From contig CP001848.1 of NCBI GenBank assembly GCA_000025185.1, forward strand, positions 4,890,001 through 4,922,000: a stretch of 32,000 bases of DNA, given 5' to 3'. The position numbers and the translations under genes are program-made. Every line of letters starts with the position of its first letter. Position 1 is the stretch's first letter. Below, piece after piece: positions 1-9,032 of this stretch. A model generated the notes under the pieces. The model worked only from the letters and a program-made list of their open reading frames with translations. It did no database searches and was not told the origin of the DNA. This DNA comes from Pirellula staleyi DSM 6068. Its GTDB lineage: Bacteria > Planctomycetota > Planctomycetia > Pirellulales > Pirellulaceae.

Positions 1-418
1 CGAGGAGCCCATCTTTGATCAGCGTGGCTACGAACAGAATGCCCACGAGCAGCACCAGCGCTTTGAACGAATGGTCGGGCAAGATCCGTTTCAGGGTCGG
101 CACAATCGCTTGCAGCCAACCTTGCCATCCTTTGGCGTCGTCGAGTTCGTGCAACAGCCGCGCGCGATTGCTGGCATCCGTTTGAGGCAAGGCATCGATC
201 TGCTGTTGCAGCTGGGCCTGCCGCTGCGATTCGGAGTGAATCAGCGAATCGAGATGAGCGTGAGGTGTATGCGGGCTAAAAGTGAGCTCGATAATCGGCT
301 TCACCAGCCCGAGATTGAAGCCCCACAGTAGGGCCACGAGCAGCGACGTCACAGCAGCCAGCGCGAAGGTGCCTCGCCTGCGGAGTGCTAAACGGGCAAC
401 TCGTAAGAAATTCTCCAT
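1..418 (-). CDS. ABC transporter permease/ATP-binding protein (MsbA-type exporter), N-terminal part only; the gene runs off the left edge
   Basis: The minus-strand ATG is at 418 (plus-strand 'cat' at 416-418) and the frame stays open to position 1. My translation is MENFLRVARLALRRRGTFALAAVTSLLVALLWGFNLGLVKPIIE...FKALVLLVGILFVATLIKDGLL, which resembles TM1 / long loop / TM2 of an ABC exporter membrane domain. It is absent from the ORF track because it is truncated. The antisense ORF 71..331(+) looks spurious. Confidence 0.55.
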   Translation of the reverse strand, partial: MENFLRVARLALRRRGTFALAAVTSLLVALLWGFNLGLVKPIIELTFSPHTPHAHLDSLIHSESQRQAQLQQQIDALPQTDASNRARLLHELDDAKGWQGWLQAIVPTLKRILPDHSFKALVLLVGILFVATLIKDGLL

Positions 419-450
419 CGCTCTTTGCTACTAGCCTCGGGGGTTGAGAT

Positions 451-481
451 CAGATTCGCGAGACGGTTTCTAGCGAATCTG
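451..481. repeat. Intergenic hairpin: 9-bp perfect inverted repeat cagattcgc / gcgaatctg with a 13-nt loop; function unknown
   Basis: The arms are at 451-459 and 473-481. On the plus strand the hairpin is followed by ccccttttgg. It lies between the stop of the CNNM gene (562) and the start of the ABC gene (418). A separate perfect 14-bp palindrome, gccagctagctggc, lies at 529-542. Confidence 0.5.
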
Positions 482-561
482 CCCCTTTTGGCCAAGACGA
501 AACTGAAGTGCCAGCGGCGACTGCATTTGCCAGCTAGCTGGCGATCCGGAATAACAGTCGC

Positions 562-1908
562 TTAGTGTGACGAACTCTTCATCGGCTGCTTATAGGGATC
601 ACCGAGTGGATCCAGCAGCGCTTCGGTAATCTTGCGGCGTCGAACCTTACGCACCTGCGCCCAGATGCCGTCGATCACCACCATATCGCCACCACGGAGC
701 GGATCTTCGCGGCCAGAATTGAGCCAGTGATCAACCGTCGTTGTCGCCAGGGCAGTTCCCCCGAGTTCCGGACGCTTAAAAACTTCGCGCAGCTGGCCGA
801 GCATCACGCCGCCACCAACGACCACTTGATGCCCCGAAGGACTAACGTGGCGCGGTAAACGGTCGAATTCATCCTCGATGTCTCCGACCAGTTCTTCAAA
901 AATATCTTCCTGCGTGATCATGCCGACCACTTTGCCGTCGTCGCCACGCACCAAGGCCAAGTGCAAGTGCTCGGCGATCATGCGACGGAGCGCTTCGCTG
1001 AGGCTCATGTCTCTGGGGAGGCTGATGATCTGACGCACAATTTCGCGTAACACCGGGTTGCCGGGATGCGTTTTCGCAAGCAACACCATGTCCTTAAAAG
1101 TGACATAGCCGATGATCAGCTGCGGATCTCCCTTGGCAATCGTGACGGGAAATCGCGTGTGAAGATCCATGTGCGCGATGACGAGGTTTTCGCTCAGGGG
1201 CGCATCGGCCACCGCCATCACGATGTCGTCTTCCGGCATCATGATGTCTTCAACCTTCATCGTGCTCAGGCGACTCGCTTGCAGAATGATCCGCTCTTCC
1301 TGCATGCCAATCACTTGGCTGGCGCGGAGCAAATTCACCTGCGCACGCAGTTCGTGCAGGCCCGTGGTGTGGTCGTCGGAGTTCTTCGAAGGCAAGAGTT
1401 TCTCGACCACCGCCACGAAAAACTTGGTGCTGTATTCAAACACCAGCACGGCGGGATAGACCATGACATTGAACACCCACATAGCGGGGCTGAACGTCAC
1501 GCAAACCCACTCGCTGTTCTTGATGGCGAGCACCTTGGGAATGAGCTCCCCGACGATGATCGTGACAGCGGAGAGTGGAATCACCACGCAGATGAGCGAC
1601 AGGACGTGGGAAAAGGATTCCGAAACGCCCAAAAACTTTTGAAAGAGAGGGGAGAGTGACTCGTCGGCACTCGCGCCGCTGACAGCGGCAGCCACTGCGC
1701 CGACCAGGGTGATGCCGAGTTGCACCACCGCGAGGCTTCCCTCCATGCGCGACTTCATCCAGAGTGCAGCCGATGCGCCGCGACGTTTGTTTTCGGCCAG
1801 ATTTTTAAGTCGATCGATTCGTACTGATGCCAGAGCTAGCTCGTACGCGGCAAAGAGCGCGTTTAAGAGCAACATGGCAATAATCGTTACCGTTACCGGT
1901 AAACTCAT
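562..1908 (-). CDS. HlyC/CorC (CNNM) family transporter: DUF21 membrane domain + CBS pair + CorC_HlyC C-terminal domain
   Basis: 448-aa ORF. The N-terminus has four hydrophobic helices (MSLPVTVTIIAMLLLNALFAAYELALAS..., GELIPKVLAIKN). The middle CBS-like region contains VEDIMMPEDDIVMA and GMITQEDIFEELVGDIEDEFD. The C-terminal part is CorC-like. Confidence 0.9.
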   Translation of the reverse strand: MSLPVTVTIIAMLLLNALFAAYELALASVRIDRLKNLAENKRRGASAALWMKSRMEGSLAVVQLGITLVGAVAAAVSGASADESLSPLFQKFLGVSESFSHVLSLICVVIPLSAVTIIVGELIPKVLAIKNSEWVCVTFSPAMWVFNVMVYPAVLVFEYSTKFFVAVVEKLLPSKNSDDHTTGLHELRAQVNLLRASQVIGMQEERIILQASRLSTMKVEDIMMPEDDIVMAVADAPLSENLVIAHMDLHTRFPVTIAKGDPQLIIGYVTFKDMVLLAKTHPGNPVLREIVRQIISLPRDMSLSEALRRMIAEHLHLALVRGDDGKVVGMITQEDIFEELVGDIEDEFDRLPRHVSPSGHQVVVGGGVMLGQLREVFKRPELGGTALATTTVDHWLNSGREDPLRGGDMVVIDGIWAQVRKVRRRKITEALLDPLGDPYKQPMKSSSH

Positions 1909-2239
1909 GGTTTCTCACTAACAGGATCGGGGCGAAAAAGCGGCCGCACTATCACGCGCTTCACCAAATCAAAAGCAATGGCTCGAAGGCACAATGTTTG
2001 CCCCGAGCGAAACTCTTATTTGGCTCTGAACTGATCGACACCAGCATTGCCGGGTAAGTTCAGGGCACGTGGGGTGCTCCGAAGTGCTTCCGGCAAGCTG
2101 GCTTAAGAATACTTTACTATCGCTGGCGCGACTAGGGCGACCAGCCTCGCCAAGCGACCTCCGGTAGCGGAAGCCACTCGGCCATTTCATGAGTAAAAAC
2201 GACGCACCGAGTCCCCAGGCAAGGGGAGTGTGGCGAAGA

Positions 2240-3247
2240 CTATTTCGTCTCGACCACCCAGATATTGCGATAGCGGACCGGGTTGCCGTGATTTTGCAGG
2301 TAGATCGGGCCAGGATCTTTGCCAGCAGCCACCGGAGCAGCGCGGGTGTTCATGTCGGCTGGAAGTTCCACATCGCTGTGAATCAGCTGGCCATTGTGTC
2401 GCACGGTTACGCGGGGCTTGGCGGTCAGTTTTCCTTCGGCGTCGTACTTGGCAGCGGTGAAATCGATGTCGTAGGTCTGCCAGGCGAGGGGAGGAAGGCA
2501 CATGTTCACGTCGGGCTTACGGATGGTGTAGATGCCGCCACACTCGTTATCGAGCCCTGCCAGGCCGAACGAATCGAGCATCTGCACTTCGTAACGACCT
2601 TGCAGATAGATGCCGCTGTTGCCGCGACCTTGGCCACGGGCTTCGGGCATGTAAGGGAGGCGAAACTCGATGTGGAGCTTAAAGCTGTCGAATTTCTGCT
2701 TGCTGGTGACACCTTGCATCAGCAGCCCTTCGCTCGTCACTTTGCCTCCTTCGAAGGCATCGGCATTTTTGCCATCAAACAGCACCACGGCTCCTTCAGG
2801 AGCGGCAGCGCCGAGCGTTGGGCTCTTGCGTTCCACCTTCTTGATCGTCCCAACCTTCACTTCTCCAGGGGCGTAGATCGTTGCTTCGCCGTCGCCAATC
2901 ACGGCTTTGGCCAAATCGTGTTCGACCACCACTTTGCCATCTTTCAGTTCGCCATCGGCTTCCACTTTTTCATTCTGATCCCAGCCTTCGCCTGGCAGTC
3001 CACCCTTGTAGCCAACGGCACGGAACTTTCCTTTTCCCATGGCGATCAGCTGCAAGCCAACCGTCACATCCCCTTCATCGGTCTTGAGGGTTCCCATGTA
3101 CTCGCCTTGAAACGCAAAGTCGGCGTCTGCTTTGGCGGGATCAGCAGCCGCGTCATCTTCAGCGCGCAGCGACGAGGTCGTAACAACGAGCCCCAGCACC
3201 AGTGCCAGCGCGAGGGACCAACGGGTAAACAAAGCAAATGAGCTCAT
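2240..3247 (-). CDS. Secreted DUF1080 (3-keto-disaccharide hydrolase-like) domain protein
   Basis: The track ORF 2240..3568 is trimmed to the internal ATG at 3247, which gives the signal peptide MSSFALFTRWSLALALVLGLVVTTSSLRAED. The C-terminal half carries typical DUF1080 strings: GNSGIYLQGRYEVQMLDSFG, NECGGIYT and GPIYLQNHGNPVRYRNIWV. Confidence 0.85.
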   Translation of the reverse strand: MSSFALFTRWSLALALVLGLVVTTSSLRAEDDAAADPAKADADFAFQGEYMGTLKTDEGDVTVGLQLIAMGKGKFRAVGYKGGLPGEGWDQNEKVEADGELKDGKVVVEHDLAKAVIGDGEATIYAPGEVKVGTIKKVERKSPTLGAAAPEGAVVLFDGKNADAFEGGKVTSEGLLMQGVTSKQKFDSFKLHIEFRLPYMPEARGQGRGNSGIYLQGRYEVQMLDSFGLAGLDNECGGIYTIRKPDVNMCLPPLAWQTYDIDFTAAKYDAEGKLTAKPRVTVRHNGQLIHSDVELPADMNTRAAPVAAGKDPGPIYLQNHGNPVRYRNIWVVETK

Positions 3248-3701
3248 GGAGAGATTGTCCTGAAACTTGGGGAGGGTAAATAGCGAGGTACACCGGCAGG
3301 CAATCAGCGCGGGCGCCGATGCGGGGAACTTCAGCAGGATTGTGAAGCCCGCGTGCGGCACTTGCAAGCTGCGAGGCGTTTCTCGGGGCGAATGTCGAAA
3401 AAATTCGCCAAAAACCCTCAAAATCCTCTTGGACGGCTCTCTTCCGGCAAGATCTAACGGGCGCTGGCGAAATACTCTTAGTTGCACAGAGCGAGCGGTG
3501 CCATGCGCAGCGATCAACCGCCACCAACCGGCAGGAGATACGACCACGAACAACCAAGCCTCCCACACCAGTCACCTCGAGAACACGAGCGCCGCAGTGA
3601 GCGACGACACGCGTGCTGGCACCCGTGTTGCGTCTGTTTCGACAGGCGAGGTTCCGCTCCTCCCAGCGCCTGGTGCGAGTGCAGTTGCTGCCGAGCCTAC
3701 G

Positions 3702-4052
3702 ATGGCAGGCTGGGGCTATCTGGTGAATCAGCTGACCGCGCGCTTCGCCGCAAGTGGCGGCAAACTACCAGCCAAAGAGACGCTCGGCTTTGCAGCGCCG
3801 CTGCTCGTCGGTTTGCTGATCGACGTTGTCGATCTGCTCAGCTTCGGCCCGCAAGGTCTGGTGACAGGTCTGCTCGTTGGCGCGCCACTGGCTTGGTGGG
3901 GCGCTTCGATGTGGGGCGCTTCGCGCGGCGTCCGCCTCACCGCAGCGATCGCTGGCATGCTCTACTGCCTCGTCCCGGGTACCGAGCTTCTGCCGCTCGC
4001 TACGCTCCTGCAAGTGATCACCCGCTTTGCGCTCGCGCTACGTCAACCGTAG
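3702..4052 (+). CDS. Small hypothetical membrane protein (~116 aa)
   Basis: This is the 3' part of track ORF 3267..4052. From the ATG at 3702 the codons show strong G/C in the third position and the product is hydrophobic (LGFAAPLLVGLLIDVVDLLSFGPQGLVTGLLVGAPLAWWG). A GTG at 3597 is an alternative start. No family was recognised. Confidence 0.5.
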   Translation: MAGWGYLVNQLTARFAASGGKLPAKETLGFAAPLLVGLLIDVVDLLSFGPQGLVTGLLVGAPLAWWGASMWGASRGVRLTAAIAGMLYCLVPGTELLPLATLLQVITRFALALRQP

Positions 4053-4144
4053 CCGAGCAGCGACGCGCGACATCTTGCATCCCACCATCGCGCCAGACTA
4101 GGTTCTCCTAGCGAGACACAACTCACTCTCGCAGGAACTTCGCG

Positions 4145-5398
4145 ATGACCTCCGCTGCACCCTCGCTCGCCGCCTCCACTCCAGCGGCGACGCTCCCGGC
4201 GCGACTCCTCTCGCTCGATGCGTACCGAGGTTTCGTCATGCTGGCAATGGCATCGCGCGGCTTTGGCATTCCCAAAGTGGCTGCCCTCCCGCAGTTCGCA
4301 AGCCATCCGACATGGCAATTTCTCGCCGGACAACTCGACCACGTCGCGTGGGTGGGGAGCTGTTTTTGGGATCTCATTCAGCCGAGCTTCATGTTCATGG
4401 TCGGCGTCGCGATGGCCTACTCCTGTGCAGCCCGCGTCAGCAAAGGAGATCCCTACTGGAAGATGCTGCTGCATGCGATTTTTCGTGCGATGGTGCTCAT
4501 CGCACTCGGTGTATTTCTACGGTCGAATTCATCCGACCAAACGAACTTCACCTTCATGGATGTCACGAGCCAAATTGGCCTCGGCTACTTGCCTCTGTTT
4601 CTACTTTGGGGACGCAAATTTTGGGTCCAGGCGACCGCCGCCATCGTCATCCTGGTCGGTTACTTCGCACTCTTTGCGCTCTATCCACTCCCCGCAGCCG
4701 ACTACAACTACGCTGCTGTCGGCGTCGATGAAAACTGGGTCCACTTCCAAGGATTTCAGCGCCACTGGGAAAAGAACGCCAATGTGGCTCACGATGTCGA
4801 CGTGAAAGTCCTCAACTGGTTTCCACGTCCCGAGCCATTTATGTTTGATCGAGGGGGCTACAACACCCTCAACTTCATTCCCTCGATCGCCACCATGATC
4901 TTCGGACTCATCGCCGGCGAATGGCTGCGAGGTGGAGCATCAGGCCTGAAGAAGTTTGGCATTCTCGTCGGAGCCGGACTAGCGATGCTGCTGATCGGCT
5001 GGGGACTCAACGAACTCGGTGTTTGCCCAGTCGTAAAACGGATTTGGACTCCGAGTTGGGCAATCTACAGCACCGGCTGGACATGCCTGCTACTGGCCGC
5101 GTTCTACGGTGTGATCGAACTCATCCAGTTTCGATTCTGGGCTTTTCCGCTGGTGGTGATCGGCATGAACTCGATCGCCATCTACTGCATGGACAAGCTT
5201 TGTCATAGCTGGACGCTGAAGACCCTGAAGACCCATTTGGGCTGGAAAATCGAGAAGCTCCGCACCTTTCCGGCGATCGACAAACTGGTCAGCGACAGCC
5301 AGATTTACCTGCCGATTATCGAAACCACTGCAGTCCTGCTGATCTTTTGGCTGGTGCTGCTGTGGATGTATCGCCGCCGCATTTTCTTGCGCATCTAA
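4145..5398 (+). CDS. Membrane acyltransferase of the DUF5009 / heparan-alpha-glucosaminide N-acetyltransferase-like family
   Basis: 417-aa polytopic protein. The N-terminal string RLLSLDAYRGFVMLAM and the following WDLIQPSFMFMVGVAM are characteristic of this family. Confidence 0.8.
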   Translation: MTSAAPSLAASTPAATLPARLLSLDAYRGFVMLAMASRGFGIPKVAALPQFASHPTWQFLAGQLDHVAWVGSCFWDLIQPSFMFMVGVAMAYSCAARVSKGDPYWKMLLHAIFRAMVLIALGVFLRSNSSDQTNFTFMDVTSQIGLGYLPLFLLWGRKFWVQATAAIVILVGYFALFALYPLPAADYNYAAVGVDENWVHFQGFQRHWEKNANVAHDVDVKVLNWFPRPEPFMFDRGGYNTLNFIPSIATMIFGLIAGEWLRGGASGLKKFGILVGAGLAMLLIGWGLNELGVCPVVKRIWTPSWAIYSTGWTCLLLAAFYGVIELIQFRFWAFPLVVIGMNSIAIYCMDKLCHSWTLKTLKTHLGWKIEKLRTFPAIDKLVSDSQIYLPIIETTAVLLIFWLVLLWMYRRRIFLRI

Positions 5399-5419
5399 CG
5401 CAAAAAACAGGTCGTCCTA

Positions 5420-5695
5420 TCAGTCATCGCGATACCAAACGCGAATGAACTGGTGCCAGTGGCTGGGCGATTCACCACTGGTGCCGAGCGCCGGATCGCT
5501 GGGGCCTTCTTCAAAACGGCTCCAAATGTTGGGGAGCACCACCGTTTCGATATTGATCAGCCGCTTGCCACTCTCTTTGATGAACTGATCCGCTTCGTTG
5601 ATGGCAACTTCCAACTCTTCGTGCTCGGCAGGCTGAAAGAGTCCTGCGGGACGAAGCATGCGGGGAACGAAATCTCGATAACGAATCACAGTCAA
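5420..5695 (-). CDS. Small hypothetical protein (91 aa), translationally coupled to nadD
   Basis: The start is TTG at 5695 (or GTG two codons later), preceded by AAGGAG that overlaps the nadD stop codon (minus strand: acgTAAGGAGcgagTTGactGTG). No motif was recognised in MTVIRYRDFVPRML...HWHQFIRVWYRDD. Confidence 0.6.
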   Translation of the reverse strand: MTVIRYRDFVPRMLRPAGLFQPAEHEELEVAINEADQFIKESGKRLINIETVVLPNIWSRFEEGPSDPALGTSGESPSHWHQFIRVWYRDD

Positions 5696-5703
5696 CTCGC
5701 TCC

Positions 5704-6321
5704 TTACGTGCGGGGGCTCAGGTACAGCTGATGCTCGCGAATATACTGTTCCACGGCTCGGGGCACACGATAGCGAATCGATTCGCCCCGCGCAATTCGC
5801 TCGCGCAATTCACGGCTTGATAGCTCGATCAGTGGCATCGGCACGATGCTCGCCTCAATCGCGGCGGTGATCTTTTCTCCGAGGATTTCGACCAAGTGCT
5901 GGGCACTGGGAGCTGGCTCTCCACCGCGGGCTACCACCAGCGGCAGCGCCACTTGGCAGATGGTCTGTGGCTCGCGCCAGGTCCCAAAATCACGTAGGGA
6001 GTCAGCCCCCATGAGGAGAAAAAACTCGTGCTCAGAATTCGTCTCGCGAAGTGCTTGCAGCGTCTCGACCGTGTAGCTCACGCCACCGCGATCAATTTCT
6101 AAGCGCGACGCGCGAAACTGCGGATGCCCCGAAATCGCCAGTTCCACCATTTCCAGCCGCTCGCGACCACTCGTCATCGCGACATTCTGTTTGTGCGGCG
6201 ACATCGCGGCGGGCATGAACCACACTTCGTCGAGCTTGGCTTGCTCGCGGCAAACTTCTGCCAGCAGCAAATGACCGAAATGGATCGGGTTAAACGAACC
6301 GCCGTAGATGCCAATTCTCAT
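5704..6321 (-). CDS. nadD: Nicotinate-nucleotide adenylyltransferase
   Basis: MRIGIYGGSFNPIHFGHL carries the (H/T)xGH nucleotidyltransferase motif. The 205-aa length and overall similarity fit NadD. Confidence 0.93.
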   Translation of the reverse strand: MRIGIYGGSFNPIHFGHLLLAEVCREQAKLDEVWFMPAAMSPHKQNVAMTSGRERLEMVELAISGHPQFRASRLEIDRGGVSYTVETLQALRETNSEHEFFLLMGADSLRDFGTWREPQTICQVALPLVVARGGEPAPSAQHLVEILGEKITAAIEASIVPMPLIELSSRELRERIARGESIRYRVPRAVEQYIREHQLYLSPRT

Positions 6322-6407
6322 GGAGCCAAACGCTGCGTGAGTAACTCAGTGGGGTGCAACAGAACCAGACCGCATTCTATCGCATTGAAACTGCGGGCGG
6401 GATTGCA

Positions 6408-8555
6408 CTACAGCTTGGGAACTGGAAGGAGAGGAGTTCCCGGCGGAATGTAGGGATTCGGTGCGTCGTACACTTCCACTAGCTCGACTCCAAATCCGCG
6501 ATTCAGCTCGTGCTGCGCTCGAGCAGCCCAGGGGGTTCCGGCGTGATTGGTGATCACGTCTTTGAAAAGCTCGGTGGCCCGCTCGATATAGGGCTCGACT
6601 ACTTTGCCCGTCAGGATTCGTTTGCGGGTGGTAATATCCCAGCGGACATGCGTGAGGTCTTTACCCTTGGTCGATGGAACCACACGAGGATTCTTGATGA
6701 ACTCCTCGAGATAAGCGCCGTACTCATACATCCGTGCCTGGTATGCGATCACCTGCGCGTATAGCAAATCGTAGTTGGCTTGCCACCGAGGTGATGGCTC
6801 TTGGCGACGCAAGTCTTCGAGCTTTTCCACCTCTTTCTGCACCTTCGCCAAGTAATCGAGGTAGATGATCGCTTTGCGTTGTTCGGTGCGTGCTTGCTCG
6901 ACTAGTTGCCCGAGATCGGGCGAGAAATGAACCCGCATGACGATGATTTTGGCAATCTCGGGCTGATACGGATTGAGATCGTAAATCACTTTCGTGAGCG
7001 CAGTTCGGAGCGGCGATTCGTCGCGCTCTACCGAAACTTCCATCCGGCTGCGGAGGTCGGGCAAATAGGGACGCATCGCTTCCAGGGCATAGCGGTCTTT
7101 ATGCCCGCGCACGAGGTCTTTCTCGACTGTTGGCAGCATGAAGAAAATGCCGCCGGTTTCGCGTCCCAGCCGCGTGCATTCGTAGGGACCAAAGCCGCTT
7201 GAGTGGGCGTCGTAGCGACGGTGAAAACCATCGGTTTGCAACTGCTCGACAAACGCTGTCTCAGGGCCGCGATCGATGGCAATCCAGTGGTGATGCTTGG
7301 TTTGTGGATGAATCCAGCGGATATGGGCATAGGGATAGCCGAACACTGCCTCACGCCCCAGCACGTAGATCTTGCACTTCGCAGCTTTGGCCTCGGCAAT
7401 CGCTCGCTCGAGCATGGCGTTGTTGTCGGCACTATCGCCACTTTCGTCGGTCACGATCACCATCGCCATTTGACGGTTAGTGCGGTTGGCATAAGGGCGG
7501 TGAATCGCAATCGCCTGTTGAATCGACGAGCACATCATCTCCTTGCCCGAAGGGTCGATCGGCACCGAGTCGATCGCCTGACGGATCTCGTCCATGTCGT
7601 GCGAAGGTCGGCGCGTGTGCACCAGAAAGCTTTCGCCGTAGCTGGTAACAGCGGTTTCGAGCGAACCGTCGTTCGAGCGACTCAACAGTCCCAGTTGCCG
7701 GTAGACATGATCGATGCGACCCCGAATCTCTTTCTGATCGTCTTTCATGCTCTCGGATTGGTCGAAGTGCCAAACCACGAGCACCTTGCTCTTGTCGAGC
7801 ATCCACATAATCTCTTGTGTGATCCGATCGAGAGCTTCTTCATAGTTGTCGACAATCGCTCTTGCGTCGCCGATTTGTCCATCAGGAACCTCGGCAATCA
7901 TCAGCTTGTCGTTGGGGATATCGATCTCGATCCCTTCGACCTTCACCGCCGAAACCTCGAGTTGATCGGTCGCCTGCTGATCGAGCGCCGGAGCACTGAT
8001 GGATCCGGCAGGTCCCGATGCGCCGACAGCTCCCACTTCCATCGACGAGCTCATCAGCGCATTGGTGGGCTCGGTGATGTCGACGATCTGGTTTTCGAGT
8101 TCCACCTTCAATTCATCTTCGACTTCAGGGGGCTCAAGCGCCGTGACAATCACCTCCTGAACGTTCCGCACCACTTCCGGCTGAATGACCATCAGCGAAA
8201 GTGCCAGGAAGGCAACCATATGCACGATGGTGGAAACGAGCATCGCCGAGCTTTGACGAATCCAGCGTCGAAATCCAGCCGATCCGAAAATTGACTCGCG
8301 GGGCTCCGCTTCGTCGGCCTCGGTGGCGTCCTGATCGTCGGTCGGGGGCTCTGCCTGCTCAGCCGACTCGGCTCGAGCTGCTGCTAAACGGGACGGCGCT
8401 GGACGAGACGGCGCAGAACGGGGAGCAGGGGAACGAGGAGCGGCGGCACTTGCCGGCGGATTCGTGCGGCCAGCACGCTGGCGAGGCGCAGCGTCTCGAG
8501 CAACCGGGGTTTCCGGTATCTCCGAGGAATCGTGAGGGGTGGAGATGTCGGCCAT
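6408..8555 (-). CDS. Membrane-anchored von Willebrand factor A (vWA) domain protein with a Pro/Ala/Arg-rich N-terminus
   Basis: The start is set at the ATG at 8555 (MADISTPHDSS). The low-complexity N-terminus contains PRSPAPRSAPSRPAPSR. One TM helix is present (AMLVSTIVHMVAFLALSLMVI). A MIDAS D-x-S-x-S motif occurs in VLVVWHFDQSESMKDD, with a later VIVTDESGD. The ~300-aa C-terminal region is unassigned. Confidence 0.8.
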   Translation of the reverse strand: MADISTPHDSSEIPETPVARDAAPRQRAGRTNPPASAAAPRSPAPRSAPSRPAPSRLAAARAESAEQAEPPTDDQDATEADEAEPRESIFGSAGFRRWIRQSSAMLVSTIVHMVAFLALSLMVIQPEVVRNVQEVIVTALEPPEVEDELKVELENQIVDITEPTNALMSSSMEVGAVGASGPAGSISAPALDQQATDQLEVSAVKVEGIEIDIPNDKLMIAEVPDGQIGDARAIVDNYEEALDRITQEIMWMLDKSKVLVVWHFDQSESMKDDQKEIRGRIDHVYRQLGLLSRSNDGSLETAVTSYGESFLVHTRRPSHDMDEIRQAIDSVPIDPSGKEMMCSSIQQAIAIHRPYANRTNRQMAMVIVTDESGDSADNNAMLERAIAEAKAAKCKIYVLGREAVFGYPYAHIRWIHPQTKHHHWIAIDRGPETAFVEQLQTDGFHRRYDAHSSGFGPYECTRLGRETGGIFFMLPTVEKDLVRGHKDRYALEAMRPYLPDLRSRMEVSVERDESPLRTALTKVIYDLNPYQPEIAKIIVMRVHFSPDLGQLVEQARTEQRKAIIYLDYLAKVQKEVEKLEDLRRQEPSPRWQANYDLLYAQVIAYQARMYEYGAYLEEFIKNPRVVPSTKGKDLTHVRWDITTRKRILTGKVVEPYIERATELFKDVITNHAGTPWAARAQHELNRGFGVELVEVYDAPNPYIPPGTPLLPVPKL

Positions 8556-9032
8556 GATGACTCTCGCAGACTCCAAACAGGCAGATTCACGGCCGATTGC
8601 CTGGCACCTTAGCATGCGGCTAGGGTGCTGAGCTTTCGCAGGTCCCGATACGCCAGCTGTGGGTCGTTTCGCCGCTGTGAAGCCCTCTCGTGGAAGAGCT
8701 TAACGGGAACACAGACCCAGCTGCGAGTATATCGCGGGGCCGGAGAATCGCCTAAGTCTTTTCATCGATATTCGTGCTGAGCGCTGCGAACTATTGCACA
8801 AAACTTGTCAGCCCGGCGGTGCAGCAGACGGGCCAGCGGAGCGTTTTGCCGCGGCTGTAGGCGAGCAGTCGATGTGATCGAATTAACGATTGAAACGCGT
8901 GAAAAAATGCATTTCACGTTCCGAGGGGAAAATCGTCGAGTAGATATAAGCGGGCTTTTCTTTGAGCTCAGCGTGGACGAGCCACTCCGAACTTGTCCCC
9001 GTGAGCTATCTCCCGCACTCAGGGTAGCGGCC

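Noticed and set aside
3267-4111. The longer readings of track ORFs 3267..4052 (261 aa) and 3482..4111 (209 aa)
   Set aside because: The first ~145 codons of the 3267 frame cross the divergent promoter region and encode non-hydrophobic R/S/T/N-rich sequence. Only the 3' part from 3702 (or 3597) looks coding. The 3482 frame is Arg/Ser/Cys-rich and overlaps that part out of frame.
7203-8294. 363-aa plus-strand ORF; similar long ORFs lie at 1066..1659(+), 2189..3241(+), 10231..10938(-), 13685..14425(+), 19672..20346(+), 21003..21644(+) and 28820..29653(+)
   Set aside because: Each lies antisense to a gene with strong family motifs (vWA, CNNM, DUF1080, aminotransferase, xylB, fliM, proA and rho respectively). 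Their translations are low-complexity and R/H/G/D-rich. They are shadow ORFs caused by stop-codon depletion in GC-rich coding sequence.
8384-8470. Apparent tandem repeat in DNA (PAPRS/APSR-like units)
   Set aside because: It lies inside the vWA gene and simply encodes the proline/arginine-rich low-complexity N-terminus. The units are imperfect and in-frame, so this is not a CRISPR or VNTR-type array.
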